64,000 bases of DNA from an uncultured Verrucomicrobiae bacterium (lineage in GTDB: Bacteria; Verrucomicrobiota; Verrucomicrobiia; Chthoniobacterales; UBA10450): assembly GCA_963815455.1 (NCBI GenBank), contig CAWFGO010000001.1:64001-128000 (forward strand), given 5' to 3'. The notes below the pieces were generated by a model, which worked only from the letters and a program-made list of their open reading frames with translations, ran no database searches and was not told the origin of the DNA. The position numbers were made by a program, and so were the translations under genes. Of the stretch, positions 53,075 through 63,695 are shown one piece after another (positions within the stretch are counted from its first letter, which is position 1; each line of letters begins with the position of its first letter).

Positions 53075-54058
53075 GTGAAATCAATTTTAGTGATCAAACC
53101 CAGTTCGCTCGGCGACATCGTCCATACGTTGCCCGCCGTCGCTGCTGTCCGCGACACATTCCCCGAGGCCGTGATCACCTGGGTCATCAATCCCGAGTTT
53201 TCCCCGCTCCTGCGCGGAAATCCCGATGTCGATCATGTCCACATTTTCCCGCGAAATGATTTCAGCGGCATCGGCGCGCCGCAAAGTTTCGGGCCATGGT
53301 GGAAAACCACGCGATCGCTAAAGCCCGACATGGCTCTGGATTTTCAAGGCTTGCTGCGCAGCGCGCTCATCGCGAAAATTAGCGGCGCCAAAGAAACTCT
53401 CGGGATGAACGATGGCCGCGAAGGCTCGCGTTTGTTCTACAATCGCTCTGCCAGGGTCAATCGCCGCGAGCACGCGGTCGAACGCTACCTCAAGCTGGCC
53501 GAGCTGGCCGGCGCCAAAATCGGGAACGCGCTCCGTTGTCCAATCCCAAGCGGCGATCCGCTCCCGCGGTTCGATGAATATCCGCCGTATATTCTGCTGC
53601 ATCCTTTCGCCCGCGGTGGCGGCAAATCGCTTTCCAACGCGGTCATCGAAGAAATCTGTGTCGCCTTTGCGCCCACGCGTGTCGTCGTCGTCGGAAAATC
53701 GCCGCGCAAAATTAATGCGCCCGATAATTGCGTTGAGCTGACTAATCAAACCACGCTGCTCCAGTTGATTCATCTCATCCGCAAAGCGCATTTCGTGATC
53801 AGCGTCGACAGCGGACCGATGCACATCGCCGCAGCGGTGAGGGACAATCTCCTGTCGATCCACACCTGGACCGATCCCCGCCGCGTCGGCCCTTATAATC
53901 CCGACGCCTGGATTTGGAAACACGGCCGCATGCTGCGCATGCGCGAATTGGAAACAACCAAGCTCAAAAGACGCGGCCGCCAATTCAAACCCAAGGACGT
54001 CCCCGCGATCCTCGAACTCATTCGCCCTCTGGTGCCGATCGATCCGATGCTGGCTTGA
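53075..54058 (+). CDS. Glycosyltransferase family 9 (LPS heptosyltransferase-like)
   Basis: KPSSLGDIVH, DFQGLLRS, DSGPMHIAAA. Confidence 0.92.
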   Translation: MKSILVIKPSSLGDIVHTLPAVAAVRDTFPEAVITWVINPEFSPLLRGNPDVDHVHIFPRNDFSGIGAPQSFGPWWKTTRSLKPDMALDFQGLLRSALIAKISGAKETLGMNDGREGSRLFYNRSARVNRREHAVERYLKLAELAGAKIGNALRCPIPSGDPLPRFDEYPPYILLHPFARGGGKSLSNAVIEEICVAFAPTRVVVVGKSPRKINAPDNCVELTNQTTLLQLIHLIRKAHFVISVDSGPMHIAAAVRDNLLSIHTWTDPRRVGPYNPDAWIWKHGRMLRMRELETTKLKRRGRQFKPKDVPAILELIRPLVPIDPMLA

Positions 54059-54067
54059 GATCGATCG

Positions 54068-54154
54068 GGTGGATAAAGCAGTCCCTTGCTCGATGTTAAG
54101 TCAGGCGGCGAAGCCGCGTTATTAGCATCGCCCGACGGAGCGGCCGATCCACCT
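54068..54154. repeat. Family E palindromic element
   Basis: ggtggataagcagtcc...tcgcccgacggagcggccgatccacct. Confidence 0.8.
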
Positions 54155-54175
54155 CAGAAACTACCGGACGTTTGC

Positions 54176-56812
54176 TCAGCGTTTCGCCTGGAAATCGGCC
54201 AGGAGCTTTTCGTACTTCAGCGTGGAAGGATGATTCGGGCCCAGGACTCTGCGCGCACCTTCCGCCGCGCGGCGCGCAAACTCGTTCGCTTCGGAAATCT
54301 TGTTCTGCCGGACCAGGCCGCGGGCGAAATCGTAGCAGGATTCCAAAGTATCGGGATGAGTCGGCCCAACTATCTTTTCCCGCAGTTGAAGGACGTTGCG
54401 CATTTCGGCATCGGCGTCCTGGCCCTGATCCATTTGCGTTCTGGCCAGGCCGCTGCGGCTGGACAACGTAATCGGATGCTCGGGCCCGAGCACCTTCTCT
54501 TCGAGCTTGATCAGGTCCCGAAACTGCGCTTCGGCCTCGGCATACTTGCCTTCGCCTTCGAGAATATTGGCCAGGGTGTCACGAGCACCGAGCGTGGCGG
54601 GGTTCTCCGCGCCGCTGGTCGCTTCCAGACGTCTGACGACCGGCCAAATTTCGGCCTCGGCCTCGGCATACTTGCCTTGTCGAGCGAGCGAGTCGGCAAG
54701 GTTGTTGCGGCTTCCAAGTGTATCGGGATTTTCCGGCCCGAGCACTTTCCTTTCGATCCCGATAAGCTGGCGAAACTGCGCCTCCGCTTCAGCATATTTG
54801 CCCTCGTTTTGCAGCATCACCGCGAGATTGTTGCGGCTCCCAAGGGTGTCGGGATGCTCCGGCCCGAGCACTTTCTCCCGCAGGCCTAACACGTCGCGAA
54901 ATTCGGCCACCGATTCCGCATATTTTCCCTCCGCTCCGAGCACCCCGGCAAGATTGTCGCGGGCTCCGAGTGTATCGGGATGTTCCGGGCCGAGCACTTT
55001 CCCCCTCAGTTTGATGACCTCACGAAACAGCGCTTCCGCGTCGGCATACTTGCCTTCATTTTGCAGCGTGACGGCGAGATTATTGCGATTGTCGAGCGTG
55101 TCAGGATGCGTCGGCCCGAGCACTTTCTCTTCCAGTTTGATCAGATCCCGAAACTGCGGTTCCGCCTCGGCAAATTTGCCCTCGCTTAGTAGCGTCGTAG
55201 CGAGCTTGTTACGGCTTTCAAGGGTATCGGGATGCTCTGGTCCGAGCACTTTTCCCCTGAGTTCCAGCACTTGTCGATATTCGGCTTCCGCTTCAGCATA
55301 CTTGCCTCGACTCAAGAAGGTGAAAGCCAGGTTGCCCCGGGTCCTCAGAGTGTCGGGGTGCTCAGGTCCGAGCACTTTTCCTCGGAGTTCGAGCACCTGT
55401 CGATATTCGCTTTCTGCATCCGTATACTTGCCTTCGCCCATGAGCGCGTTGGCCACACCGTGACGGCTGGAGAGCGTGTCAGGGTGTTCGCGGCCAATTA
55501 CCTTTTGCTCCAGCTTGATGACCTCCCGAAACCCGGCTTCCGCTTCGGCATATTTGCCTTGCCGGTAAAATGCGTAGGCCAAACGGGCCCGACTTCTCAG
55601 GGTGTCGGGATGTTCCGGACCGAAAACACGAGCGCGTACTTCAACAACGCTGCGCAGTACTTTTCCCGCGTCGCTGTATTGCCCCTGATCAATGAGCAGA
55701 TCGGCAATTGCGTATTGAACTTCCGACCAATCTTCCGGGTGGCGATCGCGATCAGTCAGTTTCTCAGCTTCGCGGAAGTATTCCATCGCGTGAACGTATT
55801 GAATGCGTTTCTGCGCCGACAGGCCCGCCAGTTTTAGACCAGCGACCGCAGCGCCCAACTTTGGCGGCGCACTTTTTTGTGCCTCGTCCGCCGCTTGCAA
55901 AGCCAAACGCTCCGCTTCGACATAGTCTTTCGTCACGTAAGCGGCGTTCGCGCGCTCGAAAAGACTCGCCTTGGGCGATTGCTTCAGTTGCTCGGCAAAC
56001 TTTGGGAGCTTTTCTCGAAGGACTTTCGGGTCAAGCCCGAGCTGTTTCCCGAGCTCGCTGTAAACGCGTTCCTCCAGTGCCGCCTGGTTTTCACCGGCTC
56101 GAGCTTGAACGTTCTCGACGATCGCGCCTCTTGGCCGCGCGGTGGTTTCGCCGGTTTGAGCCTGGCGCGCCCGGGCCTCGATGTTTGGATAATCCATGAT
56201 GCCTTCCCGCAGCTTGGCAATCTCGGACTTCATCTCGGCCTGGCCGTGCAGTTGCCAGATTACCAAACCGACGATGACCACAAGCAGCGCCGTAATACCC
56301 AACGCCCACTGTTTCACTCCGCGTCGAAGCTGGGTAAGATCGTCGCGCAGTTTGAGAACACTCGCCTCCAGTCCTTCGGTCGTGGTCAGAGAATGGTAAA
56401 CGTGCGTGTCGGACTGCAACGTGCGGCGATAGGCATCTTGCAATTCGCGAAGCTCTTCCGGCTCTGGTTCGTGGGGATCGATCGGAAAGGTTTCGTCGAT
56501 GAAAAGATACCAGACCTTCTTGTCCCGTTTTCGCGCATAGAGCCCTTCGTACTGGGTGTAACTAACCCGGCCGAATTCTTCATCCGCTCCCGGCGGTTCC
56601 GCGCCGTAACATTGTCCAACGAGTTGAACGACGCCCTTGCACTGATCGATTTGCTGGCGCAGCAATCCGCGCAGATCCCCGCCCTCGGTCCCGAAAATAT
56701 CCTGCCACACCGGCTGATAGCCCAAAAAGGTCAGCGTGTTAGCGACCAGTTGCCGAGCGCTGCGAAGCTCACGGCTCACCGCAGAAACGAAAATCAGGGG
56801 ACGCGGAGTCAC
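54176..56812 (-). CDS. DUF4062 domain + TM + TPR array protein
   Basis: IFVSAVSREL, VQLVGQCYG, SYTQYE (DUF4062-like); one TM; twelve G(P)EHPDTL-type units about 42 aa apart. Confidence 0.88.
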   Translation of the reverse strand: MTPRPLIFVSAVSRELRSARQLVANTLTFLGYQPVWQDIFGTEGGDLRGLLRQQIDQCKGVVQLVGQCYGAEPPGADEEFGRVSYTQYEGLYARKRDKKVWYLFIDETFPIDPHEPEPEELRELQDAYRRTLQSDTHVYHSLTTTEGLEASVLKLRDDLTQLRRGVKQWALGITALLVVIVGLVIWQLHGQAEMKSEIAKLREGIMDYPNIEARARQAQTGETTARPRGAIVENVQARAGENQAALEERVYSELGKQLGLDPKVLREKLPKFAEQLKQSPKASLFERANAAYVTKDYVEAERLALQAADEAQKSAPPKLGAAVAGLKLAGLSAQKRIQYVHAMEYFREAEKLTDRDRHPEDWSEVQYAIADLLIDQGQYSDAGKVLRSVVEVRARVFGPEHPDTLRSRARLAYAFYRQGKYAEAEAGFREVIKLEQKVIGREHPDTLSSRHGVANALMGEGKYTDAESEYRQVLELRGKVLGPEHPDTLRTRGNLAFTFLSRGKYAEAEAEYRQVLELRGKVLGPEHPDTLESRNKLATTLLSEGKFAEAEPQFRDLIKLEEKVLGPTHPDTLDNRNNLAVTLQNEGKYADAEALFREVIKLRGKVLGPEHPDTLGARDNLAGVLGAEGKYAESVAEFRDVLGLREKVLGPEHPDTLGSRNNLAVMLQNEGKYAEAEAQFRQLIGIERKVLGPENPDTLGSRNNLADSLARQGKYAEAEAEIWPVVRRLEATSGAENPATLGARDTLANILEGEGKYAEAEAQFRDLIKLEEKVLGPEHPITLSSRSGLARTQMDQGQDADAEMRNVLQLREKIVGPTHPDTLESCYDFARGLVRQNKISEANEFARRAAEGARRVLGPNHPSTLKYEKLLADFQAKR

Positions 56813-56825
56813 CTGTCTTCAGGTA

Positions 56826-58780
56826 TCAAGTTGTGCCGCCTGTGACAAGCGCCGATGCAGCCGTGCGGCGCACATGATATGCCGGCAGCGTGCCATACCC
56901 TTTCGCCATCGGGGTTTGCCCTACGTAATCGCATGTAAAACCCTGCTCGTGACGCGCCGCCGCGAGCGCGGCGAATAATTCGCTGGCATAAACTTGCCCG
57001 GGCGGAGTAATCGGCTCGATCCGCGCGGCCCGGCTCACATGCGTCCCGCTATAGCTCCGGCTCCCGGTAATCGGGTCGTTGAATTCGTAAACCGGCCCCG
57101 CATGAAGCCCGATTCGAAGATTCAGGCCGGTTCGAAAACCTTTCTCCTCCCACTTTGTCGCGGCCACGAATTCGGCCAGAGCCAGCGCAAAATTTCCCGC
57201 AACATCGACATCGGAAAACACGAAGTAGAGGCCGTCGCCCCATGTGTTTTTCGCGATAATGCTTTCCCGGAATTTCTCGCTCAACTTCGCGATTCCCCCG
57301 AGAAAATATTGCACAAACCGCGGCACCTCGGCCTCGCTCAACTTGCTGAAGCCGACCGCATCGGCAAAAAGGATCGCCACGATACGCGAACCAAATCCTT
57401 CCGATCCGGTAGGGCGAGACTCCGTAGAACCGACAAATTTTTTCGCTCCGCGGCGCCGCGCAACATCGGCGATAGAGGCAAGATCGACAATCTCCGGCTC
57501 GTAACCGAGGCTTCGCCAAGCTTGGACGGCGCTGGCTGCCCCGCCCGGACCATCGCCGGTTAGGCCATCCCAGACCGCCATGGGAATCAAATCCGTATCC
57601 AGTCGATGCGCACGAATCGTCGCCAGGCCGAGAATGAGATCGTTACAGAATTCGTAGGACACACCGCCAATTTCGAGCCGTTGACTCGAAGCAGTAATCA
57701 CCCGCGCCGCCCGCTCGAGAACCCGAGTCGAAGCGCGCGCGCCAATTCGTCTTGGGCAAGAAATCGACGCTATCGCGCAAAAATTCCTCTTCCACATAAG
57801 GCAGCACGACGGAGATCTTCGCGCCGTGATCGAGCATGGCTTCCAGAAAAAGAATGTCGGAGCCGCATGCAGCCGAAGCGAAACCAAACCCAGGCTTCAA
57901 TCTGTCGATCCTATTCTGAATTTCCTGCGCGACGACTGGTTCGAGTTCCGGGGGAAACCGCGGCGCAGGCCGATCCGCTCGATCGATCATATGCCCGGCA
58001 AATATCATCACGCTGGGAATGTGAAGATACTTGTCGATCCAATTCGAGGTCTCGTTCCAATGCGTGAGAATCAGCCGCGCATTCCGCCGGCTGGAATTGA
58101 GGTCGCCGTAGCGATTTTTTCCCAATTCGGCGGCCCGTGCATACCATTCTTCCGCCTGCTTCCAATCGCGCAGGATCAGGGCCGCTTCTCCGAGCACTGC
58201 AAGTTCCCAGTAGGAATCTCCGGCCGGACTTTGAATTTCCTTCAGGCATTGTTCGCGCACCGCATTGGCAATCTCTCGAGCACGCTCAGTCTCATTCGTA
58301 AGAAGGCTCATGGTAGCCGCGTTGATCCCGGTCCAGTAACCACCGGTCGCGCGATAGGCCTCGGCATAGATTTCCGCCGCGCGCGCGAGGAATTTTTCGC
58401 GTTCGCCCGGTGTGGCCGCGGTCGCGGCCAGATCTTTGTAAGTGCGGCCGAGCATGCCGAGCGTTTCTTCACCGGTTTGACCTTCGCTGCGTAATTCTTC
58501 CAGAGCCGCGTTGGCTCGTTCCGTTGCTCCGCTCCGCGCCAGGGCGAGGCCCCGCAGTTGCCGTAACCGGATGTCGGCTGAGAATTTCGTTAAGCCTTCA
58601 TGAACCACATCGTAGGCCAGTAACGGTTCGCCCTGCGCCAGAATGCGTTCGCCCAGACACGCGATACGCTTCAGCAGATTGCGACCATTCCTCCGGCTCG
58701 CGCGCCCGCCAGATTGCCATCAACTCCGCAACGTCGGCCGACGCAGCGCGTTCAAGCAACTTGTCGATCTTGTCCGGCAC
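56826..58780 (-). CDS. TPR/DUF4071-like domain + AGHMID domain + class III nucleotidyl cyclase (two frameshifts)
   Basis: ETLGMLGRTYKD, YWTGINAAT, FAGHMID, ACGSDILF; LFADAVGFSKL, NTWGDG, RIGLHAGPV, VSRAARIE. Confidence 0.85.
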
Positions 58781-58789
58781 TTTCGAATT

Positions 58790-59492
58790 TTATGCCTTGC
58801 CCGCTCTTTGCCGAAGAACAATTTCGGCCATTGGCAGATCGCGCGGATATGTGATCTTGAAGTTGAAATCCTGATTCGGGACGAGAACGATTTTGCGACC
58901 AAGATGTTCAACCGCGGAAACTTCATCGGTCACCACAAGCTTCTTGTCGGTCACTGCGCGGTAGGCTTCTTCCAGCAGCTTTATCTCAAACACTTGCGGC
59001 GTTTGCATCGCGTAAACTTGGTGGCGATCGACCGAACCGGTCACAACCAAATCATTATCCGAGCCGGATGGATCAACATCGGCCCGCTTGAGTGTGTCAC
59101 TGATCGGCTCGGCCAGGGTCGCCGCTCCGTGAGCACGGCCGGCTTCGAAAACGCGCGTGATTTTCTCCGGCGTAATGAGCGGCCGGGCCGCATCGTGAAC
59201 AGCGACAAAATCAGCGCTCGGATCGAGATTCTCCAGGCCGATGCGACACGGAGTCGTAACGCTCGGCACCGCCCGCCACGATCTTTCTCGTCTTTGTTTG
59301 CGGCCCAAGGAGCTTGCGCAGTTCGGCGAGACTGTCGCTGCGCCCGACGAGAATAATTTCATCTACGCAGCTCGTGCGTTCGAACGCCTCGATGGTATGC
59401 GCGATCACCGGCTTGTTCGCCAACGGCGCAAAGAGCTTGTCGAAGCCCATCCGCTCGCTGCTGCCGGCGGCGACGATGATCGCGGTTAGCAT
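58790..59492 (-). CDS. ispD: 2-C-methyl-D-erythritol 4-phosphate cytidylyltransferase (frameshift near 59240)
   Basis: AAGSSERMG, GGAERYDSV, VHDAARP, QTPQVF, TDE, NFKITYP. Confidence 0.92.
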
Positions 59493-59545
59493 GGTTGAGA
59501 GCGTTGAGTCGTCTGACAGAGTTGAGAAGAGGTCGAGATATCCAC

Positions 59546-60019
59546 TCAACCTCTCAACGTTCTCAGCTCACTCAATTGTTTCTGCACTTCCGCGCTCAAT
59601 GTCTTGCCATCGGCGCGGCCGGCAACTTTCTCTTGCAATGCTTTCATCACCGCGCCCATCTGCGCTTTCGACGTGGCGCCGGTCTCGGCGATCGTTTCGC
59701 GCACGATCTTCGCCAAATCATCCGCGCTCATCGCCTGCGGCAAATACGAACTTAAGATCGACAATTCTTCCTTTTCCTTCGCCGCCAGCTCCGGCCGCCC
59801 GCCTTTCTCAAAACTCTCGATCGAGTCCTGCCGTTGTTTGACCTGCTTGCGAATCACTTGCGTTGCTTCGCCATCGTTCAGCACGCCTTCCGCGCCCGAT
59901 TTTTCGATCGCCGCATATTTTATGGCGGCTTTAAGCATGCGCAGGACGCCCAACTTGGTCGCATCCTTGGCGCGCATCGCCTCTTTCAAATCCGAATCGA
60001 CTCGTTCCGAGAGTGTCAT
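59546..60019 (-). CDS. yqeY: GatB/YqeY domain protein
   Basis: LKEAMRAKD, KQRQDSIESF, MGAVMK..GRADG. Confidence 0.9.
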   Translation of the reverse strand: MTLSERVDSDLKEAMRAKDATKLGVLRMLKAAIKYAAIEKSGAEGVLNDGEATQVIRKQVKQRQDSIESFEKGGRPELAAKEKEELSILSSYLPQAMSADDLAKIVRETIAETGATSKAQMGAVMKALQEKVAGRADGKTLSAEVQKQLSELRTLRG

Positions 60020-60058
60020 GCGGTCAGGCTACGATAGCGGTAGAGCCGCGCAACTCAA

Positions 60059-60985
60059 TCAGGCCAGGATTTCGGCGCATTTGCGCGCCGACTCGGCATC
60101 GCTCACCGAGACAACATCGACATCTTTGCGCGTTCGCTTAAGTAAGCCGGCGAGAACGCCGCCGGGCCCAAGTTCGATGAAAAAATCGCAGCCGAGACCA
60201 AGCAGCCGCTCCATGCAATCGGCCCAGCGGACCGTGCTCGTGACCTGGTCCTGCAATGTGCGATGAACATCCGGCAGAGTCTTGACCTCGTCGCCAGTCA
60301 CGTTGCTGATAACAGGAAACTGAGGCAGCTGCATCTGCACATCGAGAAGAGCAGACCCGAGCTTTTGATACGCGCTGTCCATCAATCGCGAGTGATATGC
60401 GCCCGCAACGTTGAGCATTGTTGCCCTGCGAATTCCATATTCCCTGGCCACGCCGACCGCCGTTTCCACCTTGGCCAGTTCACCCGAGATCACGATCTGA
60501 CCGGGTGAATTGATATTGGCAACATCGACATCCTCGGCTGCCGCCAGGCGACGCACGTCATTTTCTGCGCCGCCAATCAACGCCGCCATGCCGCCGGTTG
60601 TTGCGGAACAGGCTTCATCCATGAATTTGCCGCGCTTCTGCACAAGCAAAAGACCGTTCGCAAAATCAAACGTACCCGCCGCTGCGTGCGCGGTCAGTTC
60701 GCCCAAGGATAACCCGGCTGCGCCGCCAATAGGAAAACTACCCGCCAGGTCGCGCACAGTCGCCAGACACGCGAGGCCATGAACATAAAGCGCCGGCTGA
60801 CAATTGCTCGTCTTGGTCAGCTCTTCGATCGGACCATTCCACGCAATCTCGCTCAATTTGCGGCCGAGGGTTTCATCCGCCTTTTGGAACATCTCCGCCG
60901 CGACGGGAAATTGATCGGCCAGATCGCGCCCCATCCCGACGGCTTGCGCACCTTGCCCGGCAAACAATAGTGCAATTTTCTTCAT
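60059..60985 (-). CDS. fabD: Malonyl CoA-ACP transacylase
   Basis: FAGQGAQ, GLSLGE, AGAYHS, ELGPG. Confidence 0.95.
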   Translation of the reverse strand: MKKIALLFAGQGAQAVGMGRDLADQFPVAAEMFQKADETLGRKLSEIAWNGPIEELTKTSNCQPALYVHGLACLATVRDLAGSFPIGGAAGLSLGELTAHAAAGTFDFANGLLLVQKRGKFMDEACSATTGGMAALIGGAENDVRRLAAAEDVDVANINSPGQIVISGELAKVETAVGVAREYGIRRATMLNVAGAYHSRLMDSAYQKLGSALLDVQMQLPQFPVISNVTGDEVKTLPDVHRTLQDQVTSTVRWADCMERLLGLGCDFFIELGPGGVLAGLLKRTRKDVDVVSVSDAESARKCAEILA

Positions 60986-61118
60986 AGCTTCAGTTAGTTA
61001 ATCGCAATCTCTCAATAGGGCGAGCCTCTTCTCCTTCTATCGTACCGCCCGTCATCCTTTTTCCTTGCCAAAGGCAACTCCCCCGGCATAACAAGGACCG
61101 CCGTTAACCCAATTCGTC

Positions 61119-61655
61119 ATGAAAAATTATCTAATCTGCCTGCCGCTTTTGTTTCTTACCTCCTGCGCCACCATTACTCGTGGCGTCCACGAAAAACTCT
61201 ACGTAAACAGCGATCCGTCAGGAGCGAATGTTAAACTTTCGACCGGTGAAAACGGTGTCACCCCAGCAAAATTCGTAAAGAGCCGCCGAGGTGAATCGTT
61301 CACGGTGACGGTGTCCAAGGCAGGGTACATTCCCCAGACGGTAAGAGTTGAAAGCAAATTTTCCTCAACTGGAGGAACGGCAATGGTGGGCGGCCTTCTG
61401 GCTGGCGGAGTTATCAGCGGAGGCATCGATGCCGCAAGCGGCGCCTACAATTCTCTCTATCCGAACCCAGTTTCGGCGAATTTGGTTCCAACTGGCAAAG
61501 CCGGCAAGCGTGCCAGGAGCGAGCCCGCAATCGAGCTAGCTCCAGCCCCGCCGAAGAAAACTTCATCGCCCAAGCCCAAGCCAACGCCGAAGCCCAAATC
61601 AACGCCAAAGCCCACGCCATCCCCAACGCCAAGTCGCTCGTTCCGGCCGCGCTAA
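61119..61655 (+). CDS. PEGA-like lipoprotein with Pro/Lys tail
   Basis: Lipobox LTSC, SDPSGA, GVTP, IDAASGA. Confidence 0.78.
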   Translation: MKNYLICLPLLFLTSCATITRGVHEKLYVNSDPSGANVKLSTGENGVTPAKFVKSRRGESFTVTVSKAGYIPQTVRVESKFSSTGGTAMVGGLLAGGVISGGIDAASGAYNSLYPNPVSANLVPTGKAGKRARSEPAIELAPAPPKKTSSPKPKPTPKPKSTPKPTPSPTPSRSFRPR

Positions 61656-61808
61656 CGGCGCAGGCGTGAAGTTTCTGGTTTGAATTAGATCAGACGGAGC
61701 TGCGCTCCCCGTGCGAGAGCGCGATTTCTGGTAACGCGTGCGCTATCCAGTAGAAATTGCTCTTGCACCTCGTCACCGACTCGCGAGCGTAAATGAGTTG
61801 TCGATCCT

Positions 61809-63065
61809 ATGGCCTTCACTGTGCGCGAAATTGAATCTCCCGATCCGGTAACGCGAGTTGCGGCGGCGGACGCGCGGTTGCGCCAGGACGATGACGATAT
61901 CGGCGAGAAAATGGTGCTCAATATGGGGCCGTCACACCCGGCCACCCACGGCGTGCTGCGGCTGGTACTCGAACTGGACGGCGAGATCATTGTTAAGGCC
62001 ACGCCGGATGTCGGCTTTCTGCATCGCGGAGATGAAAAAATCGCCGAGAACATGCAGTACAATCAGTTCGTCCCCTACACCGACCGGCTCGATTATCTCG
62101 CGCCGCTCTCGAACAATGTCGCTTACGCGCTGGCGGTGGAAAAGTTGATGGGTTGGGACATCCCGCCGCGCGGCCAGGCGATTCGCACGATTTGCTGTGA
62201 AACGTCGCGCATCTCGTCCCATTTGATGGGCCTTGGCGCCATGGCTCTCGATCTCGGCGCGATGAGCGTTTTTCTCTACACTTTTACCGAGCGCGAAAAA
62301 CTCTACGATCTTTTCGAGCTATTGACCGGCGCTAGGTTTACCACCTCTTACACGCGGGTTGGCGGACAGATTCGCGACTTGCCGGACAAGTTCATCCCGC
62401 AACTCAACAAATTTCTGGACGAGTTCATCCCGCAACTGGACGAGATCGACAAGTTGCTCACTCGGAACCGTATCTTTGTCGATCGAACGAAAGACATCGG
62501 GGCGATCCCAAAGGATCGCGCGATTGCCTACGCCCTCTCGGGGCCGAACCTGCGCGGCAGCGGAATCGACCACGATTTGCGCCGCAAACACCCGTATCTC
62601 GATTACGACCAATACGATTTCGATGTCATCGTCGGCAGCGCGGGTGATTGCTACGATCGCTATTTAGTGCGCATCGAGGAGATGCGGCAAAGCGTCCGCA
62701 TTTTGCGGCAAGTGATCGACAGATTGCCGGGTGGCCCGATCAATGTGGTCGATTGGAAAAACATGACGCCGCCGAAATCGCACGTGATGACGAAGATGGA
62801 AGAACTCATCCATCATTTTATTGTCGTGACGGAGGGCCCCAATGTGCCGCCTGGCGAGATTTATTTCGCCACCGAAAATCCGAAAGGCGAGCTCGGTTTT
62901 TACATCAACAGCAAGGGCGGTGGCGTGCCGCACCGGTTGAAAATCCGGGCGCCATCATTTGTAAACCTGAGCATCTTGCCGGAACTCTTGCCCGGTTGCA
63001 TGGTGAGCGACGTGCCTGCGGTCCTCGGGAGTCTGGACTTCGTGATGGGTGAATGCGACAGATGA
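61809..63065 (+). CDS. nuoD: NADH-quinone oxidoreductase subunit D
   Basis: NMGPSHPATHGVLRL, DRLDY, ENPKGELG, GECDR. Confidence 0.96.
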   Translation: MAFTVREIESPDPVTRVAAADARLRQDDDDIGEKMVLNMGPSHPATHGVLRLVLELDGEIIVKATPDVGFLHRGDEKIAENMQYNQFVPYTDRLDYLAPLSNNVAYALAVEKLMGWDIPPRGQAIRTICCETSRISSHLMGLGAMALDLGAMSVFLYTFTEREKLYDLFELLTGARFTTSYTRVGGQIRDLPDKFIPQLNKFLDEFIPQLDEIDKLLTRNRIFVDRTKDIGAIPKDRAIAYALSGPNLRGSGIDHDLRRKHPYLDYDQYDFDVIVGSAGDCYDRYLVRIEEMRQSVRILRQVIDRLPGGPINVVDWKNMTPPKSHVMTKMEELIHHFIVVTEGPNVPPGEIYFATENPKGELGFYINSKGGGVPHRLKIRAPSFVNLSILPELLPGCMVSDVPAVLGSLDFVMGECDR

Positions 63066-63367
63066 GTATGAAATTATCGACCCTGCGAATTTCGGTTCTA
63101 TCGATGTGCCTGTTGGCCGGGCTAATTTTAACCGGCTGTGATCGAGGCGGAACACTGACCCTGGCGAACTATAACAAGGTCACCGTTGGGATGTCCAAAA
63201 CGCAGGTAGAAAAGATTCTCGGCCCCCCGACCTCAGTCGAGAAGATCGACATGTTTATCTTCAAGAAGACGACATATCGGTACGAGGCCGGCAAAAAATT
63301 TGCGATGATTACTTTCAAGAACGACGAGGTGGATAGCAAAGATACCAATCTGGGCACGTCACCTTAA
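63062..63367 (+). CDS. Small lipoprotein (SmpA/OmlA/BamE-like)
   Basis: Lipobox LTGC; GMSKTQVEKILGPP. Confidence 0.75.
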   Translation: MSMKLSTLRISVLSMCLLAGLILTGCDRGGTLTLANYNKVTVGMSKTQVEKILGPPTSVEKIDMFIFKKTTYRYEAGKKFAMITFKNDEVDSKDTNLGTSP

Positions 63368-63375
63368 TTGCGAAC

Positions 63376-63684
63376 ATGCCGACCCTGAGCCTTCTTTCCC
63401 GCACCGTAGCGCGTTGGCCTTTCCTGCTCATGCTCGTGCTCGTGTTCATGCTCGAAATCTCCTGCTCCAACCGGCGAATCACCGCGGCCAATGTCAATGA
63501 AGTGGTCGAGGGAATGTCCAAGAAACAGGTGGAGTCGATCCTCGGTCCGCCTACTTCAGTCGACAACGCCGATTTCGTTTTGATGAAAAAAATGACTTAC
63601 GTCTACCGGCAGGATAACGGCAGCGTGACGGTCGTTTTCAAAGACGACAAGGTCATCGAAAAACAAAGCACGTTGTCCGAATAG
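63376..63684 (+). CDS. Small lipoprotein, paralog of preceding gene
   Basis: ISC; GMSKKQVESILGPP. Confidence 0.72.
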   Translation: MPTLSLLSRTVARWPFLLMLVLVFMLEISCSNRRITAANVNEVVEGMSKKQVESILGPPTSVDNADFVLMKKMTYVYRQDNGSVTVVFKDDKVIEKQSTLSE

Positions 63685-63695
63685 CTTTTCCTCCG

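Noticed and set aside
54200..55700. 126-bp tandem DNA repeats as a DGR or array; long antisense ORFs (318 and 267 aa)
   Set aside because: The repeats are the TPR coding units, no reverse transcriptase is present, and the antisense ORFs are shadows of GC-rich repetitive coding sequence.
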